From a virus (lineage: Duplodnaviria; Caudoviricetes), in the IMG/VR virus record IMGVR_UViG_3300028591_000083, positions 64,001 through 128,000 of that record: a stretch of DNA of 64,000 nucleotides. One strand, 5' to 3'. Positions within the stretch are counted from its first letter, which is position 1. Every line of letters begins with the position of its first letter. The notes under the pieces were generated by a model. It did no database searches. It worked only from the letters and a program-made list of their open reading frames with translations, and was not told the origin of the DNA. The translations under genes were made by a program, and so were the position numbers. Shown in pieces: positions 56,681 to 64,000 of the stretch.

Positions 56681-57061
56681 TCAATGTTCAACATCTTTGT
56701 CACCATCTTTCATTATACATATTCTCATTATATTATATGCAATATTCAATCCTGCTTTGATTCCAGCATGATAGCTTTGTGTTGCATATTCATTATTCTC
56801 AATAATATTACATTGCTTGTCGATTTCTTCTTTCAATATTTCATATGCTTTATCCATATCGAAGTTAAGAATCTTCGGAGATTGTAGACGGCTTTCTACC
56901 TCTTTCCACAGAGAAACTGTGTCTTCTGAAAAATCAGGATGAAACTGTGCAGTGTTCTTTTTACTGTGAGTTATATAATCACATCCGATTGCAGATACAA
57001 ACATTCTTAAAAGCATTTCGTTGCTTTCCTGTGCGATTCTATTACTGTTCATCTTCTTCAA
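56681..57061 (-). CDS. hypothetical protein
   Basis: ORF. Confidence 0.65.
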   Translation of the reverse strand: MKKMNSNRIAQESNEMLLRMFVSAIGCDYITHSKKNTAQFHPDFSEDTVSLWKEVESRLQSPKILNFDMDKAYEILKEEIDKQCNIIENNEYATQSYHAGIKAGLNIAYNIMRICIMKDGDKDVEH

Positions 57062-57434
57062 CCTCCTTTCTCAACCATTCAATAGCAGCATCTTTGCATT
57101 TTTTGCCTTTACATCCAGATTTATACGTGCATTTTGAGCACGTAAAATAGTTACTATTCAGCAAAAGATTTTCCGCAAGCTCCTCATCCGCCATCTGTCT
57201 AATACTGTCGCCGTTCGTTTTCGGACTTACAGCAGTTTTACACAGCTCCAAAAAATCAGACCTTGATTTTTCTTTGATCTCTTCTGCTAGAATTCCCATC
57301 TCATGTGAATATATTTGTCTACCCATGATTTCAGTGACATACTTGTAAAACTCGTCAAGATCATCACCTGTCAGCATTACAACTCCTGTAAATGCCATAA
57401 TCACAGCACATTCATGTTTTGTCATTTTCTTCAC
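57042..57434 (-). CDS. protein with TN.D.IR.M.DEELA module
   Basis: module shared by four tandem genes. Confidence 0.7.
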   Translation of the reverse strand: MKKMTKHECAVIMAFTGVVMLTGDDLDEFYKYVTEIMGRQIYSHEMGILAEEIKEKSRSDFLELCKTAVSPKTNGDSIRQMADEELAENLLLNSNYFTCSKCTYKSGCKGKKCKDAAIEWLRKEVEEDEQ

Positions 57435-57726
57435 ACTCCTGTTTAAGCCATTTCAAAGCGCATTCAATACAACTGATATCTTCTCTACTACATCTTTCAA
57501 CATTATGGCAGATAAATGCTTCGAGCTGAGTAGCCAGCTCCTCGTCTGTCATCTGCCGTATGCGATCAGCATTGCTTTTTGGCGGTGTGGTGACTTCTCT
57601 GAAAATATCCATTTGTGCATTGTTGATAAAATCTAAATCTGAATGAAGTGCAGGATAATGCTTTTTATCGCTCATAGCAACTAAGCCAATTTGTTGACAC
57701 AATTTCATGATTTTCTCTTTATCCAT
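57412..57726 (-). CDS. protein with TN.D.IR.M.DEELA module
   Basis: SNADRIRQMTDEELA. Confidence 0.7.
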   Translation of the reverse strand: MDKEKIMKLCQQIGLVAMSDKKHYPALHSDLDFINNAQMDIFREVTTPPKSNADRIRQMTDEELATQLEAFICHNVERCSREDISCIECALKWLKQECEENDKT

Positions 57727-57738
57727 TCATTCCACTCC

Positions 57739-57978
57739 TTAATCATTCCAAACTTCAACATCAATCTTATTTCCATCAGCATCGTAGTGTACGGATTTCC
57801 CCCACGGATATCCAGCAGAGTGATAGTTGATCTGGAATCTATCAACTCCGTATTTTCTGCATAACTCACATCCTCTCCGAATCGCATCTTCAAGATGCTC
57901 TTTCAATGTGATTGTCATCATGTTAAAAATCTGTTGGTGTCCGTTCCTGTCAATAAGACTTATCGTGTTGTAAGGCAT
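57739..57978 (-). CDS. hypothetical protein
   Basis: ORF. Confidence 0.6.
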   Translation of the reverse strand: MPYNTISLIDRNGHQQIFNMMTITLKEHLEDAIRRGCELCRKYGVDRFQINYHSAGYPWGKSVHYDADGNKIDVEVWND

Positions 57979-58333
57979 CCATTTTCGTGCCGCATTCTTT
58001 GCACCAATTTGAACAATCGCAATGTCTCATATTCTTTTCTATCGGCGCATACTTACCGCAATATGAGCAGTAGTATTCATTCGGGCTTTCTTCTATCCAC
58101 CGCCCGTGCCGCACAAATGTGATCTCCACAGTTCTTTCCGGTTTCTTCGCCTGAATCTCATTCTGAATATTGAATGCCATATCGTCAATGTGAACAATCG
58201 GCAGTGCCTCTATTTCGTCAAGCATTTCTCTGAGGTCATGACCGGCTTTTGAACAACTACCGTCATCATCTGGACAATATGCAGAACAAATAGTAAGCAC
58301 GTCTTCTAGCTTAACTAGTTCCATTATCTTCAT
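57950..58333 (-). CDS. prophage-type protein (VRHGRW / Zn ribbon)
   Basis: VRHGRWI..YCSYCG..CKECGTKMD. Confidence 0.7.
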   Translation of the reverse strand: MKIMELVKLEDVLTICSAYCPDDDGSCSKAGHDLREMLDEIEALPIVHIDDMAFNIQNEIQAKKPERTVEITFVRHGRWIEESPNEYYCSYCGKYAPIEKNMRHCDCSNWCKECGTKMDALQHDKSY

Positions 58334-58637
58334 TAACCTTCTTTCTCAACCATTCTAAAATGCCTCTACTACATTCTGCATTATCGTCACAACCTTCTTC
58401 ATATGCACAGTGTGCACATTGAGAATTGTCAAGAAGTTCTGCAAGTTCTTCATCATTCATTTCTCTAAGTCTGTCACCATTAGTCTTTTTTGGTTTGATT
58501 ATATTAACTATATGTTCAATTTCCGCAGTTAGATCAAAATAATGTGAATATTCGAGTCTATTAGAATCCCACAATTCATATGCCATAGCCTCAATTCTAT
58601 CGCAAAGTTCTAACATCTCATCGTTTGTCACTTTCAA
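58311..58637 (-). CDS. protein with TN.D.IR.M.DEELA module
   Basis: TNGDRLREMNDEELA. Confidence 0.7.
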   Translation of the reverse strand: MKVTNDEMLELCDRIEAMAYELWDSNRLEYSHYFDLTAEIEHIVNIIKPKKTNGDRLREMNDEELAELLDNSQCAHCAYEEGCDDNAECSRGILEWLRKKVNEDNGTS

Positions 58638-58809
58638 TCACCTCAGAACGTAACCAGATTTTCCGGCATTCATCACAACTTATCTTCTTATCTGTTTCAT
58701 ATGGACATATTTTTACATGATCACAAATAGATTCTCCTAAGAATTCTATAAGTTCTTCCTCATTCATGTTTTTGATTCTGTCAGCATTAGTCATACTAAA
58801 CTCACCCAT
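58618..58809 (-). CDS. stand-alone TN.D.IR.M.DEELA module protein
   Basis: MTNADRIKNMNEEEL. Confidence 0.65.
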   Translation of the reverse strand: MGEFSMTNADRIKNMNEEELIEFLGESICDHVKICPYETDKKISCDECRKIWLRSEVIESDKR

Positions 58810-59506
58810 TATTCAAATAATCGCAAACTTTCTGACAATCTTCAAGGTTTCTAAAATACATTCTACAAGCATCATAGCTGCTAAACTTTGTGAAATCTTC
58901 CCCGTCATAACATCTGCGAATTTCTGTATAATCATAATCAGTATTAAAATATTCATTTAACTGATGTTTATGAACATAGATAAGCTCAACACCGTTCATT
59001 TCATACTCTTTAATTCGCTTCAATTCTTTTTCTTTCATATAGACAAGAACTGCTTCTTCTGGACGATATGTATATCTTCTTTGTGAACAGTATGGGCAAC
59101 TTTCTGTATGCTCTTTTCCACTCGGCGCTAAGAAATGAATTGTTCTGGAATCATCACATTTATCACATTTAGGATTCAAATATTCCCAATCTCCGTGAAC
59201 ACACCATGCCGGAGATTCAATCATTGTAAGAAATTCATTTAGTTTCAGTTGCTTTGCTTTTTCTTCTACTTCTGATTCTGTTTTCTTTAACTTATTTTCA
59301 AGCTGATTTATTCTGTTATCATACTGCTCTTTTTCTTCTCGGAACTCTTTAAGATCAGCAAGTTCTTTTTCAAGACGTTCAATTTTATCTTTGACTTCCT
59401 TCTTTACTTCTTTTCGCAATGCTTCTTTGAAGTTATAAATAAGTTCATCTGATTCAGACGGTTCATCCCAGAAATCAGAGTCCATACGAATTGCACAATC
59501 AAACAT
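58802..59506 (-). CDS. coiled-coil + zinc-finger protein
   Basis: KCDKCDD.R.I.F..PSG....C. Confidence 0.75.
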   Translation of the reverse strand: MFDCAIRMDSDFWDEPSESDELIYNFKEALRKEVKKEVKDKIERLEKELADLKEFREEKEQYDNRINQLENKLKKTESEVEEKAKQLKLNEFLTMIESPAWCVHGDWEYLNPKCDKCDDSRTIHFLAPSGKEHTESCPYCSQRRYTYRPEEAVLVYMKEKELKRIKEYEMNGVELIYVHKHQLNEYFNTDYDYTEIRRCYDGEDFTKFSSYDACRMYFRNLEDCQKVCDYLNNG

Positions 59507-60761
59507 GATTTTCTCCTTTATAAACAATTTCAACATATCCGTTAAAGAAGTCGTTTTTTGTAAAAACATAAATGTAAGGTTTATCAGCAAACGTAGATGG
59601 AGTTGCAACATGGATTTGGGTATATGCTGCCGAATATCCTGTGATTATTGCATTACAAACATCATCTTTCTTGAATTTAGAACAACCAACAGAATAAGGA
59701 TCATTAAACTTCAACTTGATAAAAGTTCCAACAGGGAAATTATCCTTGTCGAAGTATTTGAAGGTTTTTGTTTTTACAATTTCAAACTTATTTTCAATTT
59801 CAATCTTTGTAGCAGTAACAGCTTTCTTCTCTAAATCTACAAAATCAGTGGAAGATTGTTTGATTTCAGGATTTTCTTTATTTCCAAGAAAATAACATTT
59901 TAATCTCTTAAATAGTACGTCAAACGCTTCTTTTAGATGTGGATTTATTGAAATTCCAATATTATAATCATTTATAACAATATCGTTGCTGTGATCATTA
60001 TCAAAAACCGTAAGAATTCTATGCTTATATAATCCAGTAACTCTTGGAAACACCGCATATAAGATTCTGATATTTTTAACGTGATCATCTTCGTTTTCTT
60101 TTTTACGAGAAAATATCAGTGTCATTTCTGTTTCATTATCAATACACCGAATAACATCTAATTGAAATTCTGTAATGTCGTTGATAGGAATTGTTGTTAA
60201 TAATTTATAACTGCTTGTAATACCGCCGGAACATACAGGAAATATGAATGAATGTCCGTTCCTATCAATACCATTTTCAAATACTCCTTTAACTATATCA
60301 TGAATAGATTTCAATGTTTTATCCATATTTTCTGGTTTAAGAAGTTGTAATTTAGCATATAGGTTTGCCGTAGAGTTAGGACTAAGACATTGCCAAAAAG
60401 AATCGAATTCTTCTAAGTTATACGAAACGTAGTACCGAATTGGATCTTTTAGAACTTCAATCGAAAACAGTACAGCACTTTCTTGCTTAAACGGGCTTTT
60501 TGTAATAAGAACAGAATTATTGACCATGGTTATTTTAATTTCTTGATTGACCTGATTTTGTTGTTCTCGACCATATAAAAAGAAATCTAAAAAAGTTCCT
60601 GAATAAGTTTCATCGTTCTGCCTATCAATAAAAACAGAACCGCCAGCATTTTTCCACAACCTTACAACAGGTTCAATCCAGTCTTCAACAACTTCACAAA
60701 CCTTATTAAAACATTCCAAAAGCTCTTTACACGGAATCATACGGTAGTCCTCCTTTATCAA
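59499..60761 (-). CDS. hypothetical protein
   Basis: 420-aa ORF. Confidence 0.75.
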   Translation of the reverse strand: MIKEDYRMIPCKELLECFNKVCEVVEDWIEPVVRLWKNAGGSVFIDRQNDETYSGTFLDFFLYGREQQNQVNQEIKITMVNNSVLITKSPFKQESAVLFSIEVLKDPIRYYVSYNLEEFDSFWQCLSPNSTANLYAKLQLLKPENMDKTLKSIHDIVKGVFENGIDRNGHSFIFPVCSGGITSSYKLLTTIPINDITEFQLDVIRCIDNETEMTLIFSRKKENEDDHVKNIRILYAVFPRVTGLYKHRILTVFDNDHSNDIVINDYNIGISINPHLKEAFDVLFKRLKCYFLGNKENPEIKQSSTDFVDLEKKAVTATKIEIENKFEIVKTKTFKYFDKDNFPVGTFIKLKFNDPYSVGCSKFKKDDVCNAIITGYSAAYTQIHVATPSTFADKPYIYVFTKNDFFNGYVEIVYKGENHV

Positions 60762-60942
60762 CTAAACCATCATCAGAACCGCAGAAAAGATCACAAGCAA
60801 GTCCACCTTCCTGTGCATAATGACCACCTTGATAAAATGGCGAAGGTGAATTGCACCAACCGCCGTATTCACATGGTTTACCAAAACTATCTTTTCCAGT
60901 GAGTTTGAAATACTCACAATCTGTGCAGTAAAAATCAAACAT
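60727..60942 (-). CDS. small Cys-rich protein
   Basis: CTDCEYF..GWC..ACDLF. Confidence 0.65.
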   Translation of the reverse strand: MFDFYCTDCEYFKLTGKDSFGKPCEYGGWCNSPSPFYQGGHYAQEGGLACDLFCGSDDGLVDKGGLPYDSV

Positions 60943-61216
60943 GATTTTCCCCTTTAATAAACAATTCTTTTACAGAAATTCCTTCATCCGATCTCACAAC
61001 ATCATATCCATAAACATCCTTTGCAAACTTCTTAAATCTCTCAAAATTATCGTTATTGTTTTCAGAAACTTCTAATTTGATAGATTGTAGCTTGATATCA
61101 ATATAGTTCATCAATCCCCAACTGTATTTTTTGCAATCCGGCAAAACAAACTCATCATCAATCAAATCTTGAAGATGTTTCATTAACTTAGTTTTACTAA
61201 TATATTCTTCAATCAT
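60935..61216 (-). CDS. hypothetical protein
   Basis: ORF with RBS. Confidence 0.65.
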   Translation of the reverse strand: MIEEYISKTKLMKHLQDLIDDEFVLPDCKKYSWGLMNYIDIKLQSIKLEVSENNNDNFERFKKFAKDVYGYDVVRSDEGISVKELFIKGENHV

Positions 61217-61643
61217 TGTTATTCTCCATTTCTACAATAAGTTCAATTCCAACGCCATAGTAACCGTTATCTTCGCCGGAGAATGTAGTTTCAAGAATTC
61301 GTTTATCTTGTGAGTAAATATAGATAGTGTATGCTCCTTCATAATCACTCCAAGAGTTTTCGTTAATTGTTGTGTTTACTTCAACTCTTGTAATTACATT
61401 TCCTTCTGTACCGCAAGTAATAACCTTGTCAAATAGAAACCAACCATTAGCACATCCGCCACAACCTTCATTAGATTTTACTCTAAGTCTAGTTCCATTT
61501 GAAAGATGTAAAATAAGGTTGTCACACTCTGAGGTATCAATATTTACAATGGATTGTCCATAGATTGCATTACGCACATTTTCAGGAACTTCAAATGTTC
61601 CTTCTTCATATTCATACCTTTTATAAGTAATTAATTGTCCCAT
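61209..61643 (-). CDS. hypothetical phage protein
   Basis: NEGCGGC.NG, GEDNGYYG. Confidence 0.75.
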   Translation of the reverse strand: MGQLITYKRYEYEEGTFEVPENVRNAIYGQSIVNIDTSECDNLILHLSNGTRLRVKSNEGCGGCANGWFLFDKVITCGTEGNVITRVEVNTTINENSWSDYEGAYTIYIYSQDKRILETTFSGEDNGYYGVGIELIVEMENNND

Positions 61644-62167
61644 ATCATTTGTTCCTCCACTTCATTACAGAATTTAATAATCTCAAAAATAGTTTCTTTT
61701 ACCTTATCGGTAACTTCATGTTTCAACAATGTTTCAACATAATCATACTCCTGTGTCTTAGTATCAACTTCCTGTTTATACATATCCATCACTTGTCTGC
61801 TAAATGAGAACTGGATTCCAAAGTGTCTATGAATAGTTCTCAATCCTGAATATGCCCCATTCACATAAATATGAATATCTGATATAATCAAATCATATCC
61901 ACAGTAGTTACAATCAACATCTACATTGATTCTAAAGCTGTTGATTGATTTTGGAAACAAGTCTTTAATAGTATTCATGATTCTAATGTGTAAATCTCTT
62001 AGCTGTTGATTCTGGGCTTCTGTTGTTGAAAGAGGAATTCCTGTTGATTCATCTTTTACTTCATACTGCCGAAATAATCCATAATGATCTCCTGATGCAA
62101 CATACCGTTCACAATGATCTCCTGTTGAAATATACGGTTCACTCATCACAAACATCCTCCACAACAT
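61631..62167 (-). CDS. hypothetical protein
   Basis: ORF. Confidence 0.7.
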   Translation of the reverse strand: MLWRMFVMSEPYISTGDHCERYVASGDHYGLFRQYEVKDESTGIPLSTTEAQNQQLRDLHIRIMNTIKDLFPKSINSFRINVDVDCNYCGYDLIISDIHIYVNGAYSGLRTIHRHFGIQFSFSRQVMDMYKQEVDTKTQEYDYVETLLKHEVTDKVKETIFEIIKFCNEVEEQMIWDN

Positions 62168-62511
62168 CCATGCTCTGTATTCTCGTTCATTACTTTTAGA
62201 ATATCAGGAATTAGATTTTTGATTTCTTCGTTGTTGATATCATCTAACGCTCCGTGTCTGATATACCATTCTCCGGATTCTACATTTGGATTCCAAGAAC
62301 TATCAAAACTACATGATCCACCTGATGCCCAAAATCTAGGATAATCACAATTACTTCCAAATCCGCCAAATGAAACTTTCTTACCGTCAATCTCTACAAT
62401 AAGTTGTCCCATGCAAAGACACGGATATTTACCATCATATGAAACAAACTTTAACACTTTATTCATTCCTCCTATTCCAAGAATCAACCAATATCTTCCA
62501 ATCAAAAGCAC
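62146..62511 (-). CDS. hypothetical phage protein (true start probably 62466)
   Basis: FVSYDGKYPCLC.G, FW.SGG, GCCGGC. Confidence 0.75.
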   Translation of the reverse strand: MLLIGRYWLILGIGGMNKVLKFVSYDGKYPCLCMGQLIVEIDGKKVSFGGFGSNCDYPRFWASGGSCSFDSSWNPNVESGEWYIRHGALDDINNEEIKNLIPDILKVMNENTEHGCCGGCL

Positions 62512-62713
62512 TTGCTTCTGAATTTCTATTCATGCCGTTTATATATCTGAAATAACATCCTTCTTTGTGATTTACAATTAGATAGTATGAGGAATATTTC
62601 TTCGCTGTTTCAAAATCAATATCACCTTTCCAACTAGTACAATCACAATATAGAATTGGATATTCGCCACAGAACGGACACGATTTCATTGTCATTTCTT
62701 CCGGAATAATCAT
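62459..62713 (-). CDS. Lar-like zinc-finger protein
   Basis: SCPFCG...WNRR. Confidence 0.7.
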   Translation of the reverse strand: MIIPEEMTMKSCPFCGEYPILYCDCTSWKGDIDFETAKKYSSYYLIVNHKEGCYFRYINGMNRNSEASAFDWKILVDSWNRRNE

Positions 62714-62934
62714 TTCTTCCCTTTCTGCTTTTTAAGCCACTCAAATAAATCTGGTGGAGTTCTGTCCTTATGTAGCATTTCATAAGAACCATTCTCAAAC
62801 TTCCATAGCTTATAGGATTCTCGCCGTTTGTCAGATGTTACGAAATAAACATTCTCTCCACCCTCTTTAATCGCAACGCTTTCCCAAACAATTTCAGAAG
62901 TAGGAATCTTATTCGGCATTTTTAATCTCCTCAT
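62710..62934 (-). CDS. hypothetical protein
   Basis: ORF. Confidence 0.65.
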   Translation of the reverse strand: MRRLKMPNKIPTSEIVWESVAIKEGGENVYFVTSDKRRESYKLWKFENGSYEMLHKDRTPPDLFEWLKKQKGKK

Positions 62935-63151
62935 TCACAGAAGCAATAATACTAGAATAGCAAATACTATACTTATCATTTCTAATATAGATTGAATATG
63001 TGAATTTATTTACATATTCTACAAAGATATCGGCTGATTCTAAAGTATCTGCTCTTTTAATTCTTCTAACGCACTCATCCACCTTATCGGCAGTTGTATT
63101 TCCTGCATTGGCAAATAATTTATCATTGATTCTTTTGAAAATAGCCATCAT
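62909..63151 (-). CDS. hypothetical early protein
   Basis: first ORF after promoter. Confidence 0.65.
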   Translation of the reverse strand: MMAIFKRINDKLFANAGNTTADKVDECVRRIKRADTLESADIFVEYVNKFTYSIYIRNDKYSICYSSIIASVNEEIKNAE

Positions 63152-63209
63152 TTTGATCTCTCTTTCTTTTCTTTATTTTTCGTGGAACTGCATTCACATC
63201 CACAAATAT

Positions 63210-63238
63210 AGTATAACACATAGTTAAGGATTTGTCAA
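63210..63238 (-). promoter_or_regulatory. sigma70-type early promoter
   Basis: TTGACA-N17-TATACT. Confidence 0.85.
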
Positions 63239-63261
63239 GAGTTTTCTGGCAAATTTCTAAT

Positions 63262-63292
63262 AAAAAACTCCACACTTTCAATGTGGAGTTTT
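63262..63292 (-). terminator. intrinsic terminator
   Basis: AAAACTCCACA..TGTGGAGTTTT. Confidence 0.8.
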
Positions 63293-63322
63293 GTTTGTTA
63301 TATACAAAATAACTACAGACTG

Positions 63323-63847
63323 TTATTCATCCATAAAGTAAATTCCTTTACTGTTAGAAAATTCAATCAATGAACTGTTGTACTTATGGATCATCACATA
63401 TCCAAGAATAAGAGAAATGAATGTGCATGAATTTACAACTCTTTCATCAAATGCAATAGTAAGATCATAAACATCTTCTTTTGGTGTCCACGGAAACTTT
63501 TTTACAATAATTTCTTTCAAGTCATCATCCGTATATTGAAGTTCCTTTGATGTGTTATAAATAATATCGGCTACTTGTTTGTGTGCTAGTAAAAGTTGCT
63601 TCGCAAAAGATCTTCTTGCTTTACCTTCAGCAGATGGATTATTCAACTCATCACGTTCGGTACAGGCAGAATAATCCACATCAAAAAGATAAGATGCTAC
63701 AACAGAATAAAGATCATCACCATTCATAACTCTATCGTAGATCTCCTCAAGAACTCTGATACATTTCATATTCCCTGTGATTGCTTCGATTTCATAAAAT
63801 TCTGCCATAATAAAATTCCTCCAAATTAAAATAATATAAATAAACAA
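63323..63847 (-). CDS. hypothetical protein (true start probably 63808)
   Basis: ORF with GGAGG RBS. Confidence 0.7.
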   Translation of the reverse strand: MFIYIILIWRNFIMAEFYEIEAITGNMKCIRVLEEIYDRVMNGDDLYSVVASYLFDVDYSACTERDELNNPSAEGKARRSFAKQLLLAHKQVADIIYNTSKELQYTDDDLKEIIVKKFPWTPKEDVYDLTIAFDERVVNSCTFISLILGYVMIHKYNSSLIEFSNSKGIYFMDE

Positions 63848-63851
63848 GACA

Positions 63852-64000
63852 TCAATTCTTGTTTTCCCACCAAACAGTGAACCAACGACAATCTTCTAAT
63901 TCAAGTCTAACTTTGTATCCAAGACCTTCAAGCTCCTCAATAAGTTCTTCCCTAGGTATCACCGGATCTTCATAAATATTGTATAGATGAACTTCACAAT
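63852..64000 (-). CDS. 3' end of a gene entering from the window edge
   Basis: open frame ...ELEGLGYKV...TVWWENKN*. Confidence 0.55.
   Translation of the reverse strand, partial: CEVHLYNIYEDPVIPREELIEELEGLGYKVRLELEDCRWFTVWWENKN

Noticed and set aside
434-63829. All other plus-strand ORFs and nested minus-strand ORFs in the track
   Set aside because: Overlap well-supported minus-strand genes; F/I/S-rich shadow composition; all promoters and RBSs face the minus strand

Overview
A 64 kb AT-rich segment of a large (jumbo-type) lytic phage genome, most likely infecting an anaerobic gut or rumen Clostridia host; a Ruminococcus-style dockerin points to a cellulosome producer. About 120 tightly packed genes all lie on the minus strand. 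Recognisable genes: class III ribonucleotide reductase NrdD (ATP cone, two inteins, C-terminal glutaredoxin), ThyX, dCTP deaminase, 5'(3')-deoxyribonucleotidase, NAD-dependent DNA ligase, RNase H, an N4/N6 DNA methyltransferase interrupted by an in-frame TAG, a Pol-beta nucleotidyltransferase, AAA ATPase, ClpP-like protease, ferredoxin:thioredoxin reductase catalytic subunit, PRTase, GNAT, an orphan HicB, a receiver-like protein, an AP2 protein and a beta-roll fibre/adhesin. Two regulatory grammars are visible. First, 15 near-consensus sigma70 promoters (TTGACA/T-N17-TATACT, extended TG), most preceded by a terminator hairpin. Second, a repeated element (A-tract + ACA(C/A/T)TA embedded in a terminator hairpin) in front of acidic proteins carrying [ILM]-x-E motifs that resemble prohead-protease sites. 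Top leads: the stand-alone dockerin, the putative late-expressed capsid-packaged polyprotein cassette array, probable amber (TAG) readthrough or recoding, a redoxin-type NrdD plus FTR, and a minimal polymerase-palm protein coupled to a nucleotidyltransferase. No tRNA, rRNA or CRISPR array was seen. All functional calls are from motif recognition by eye, with no database searches.
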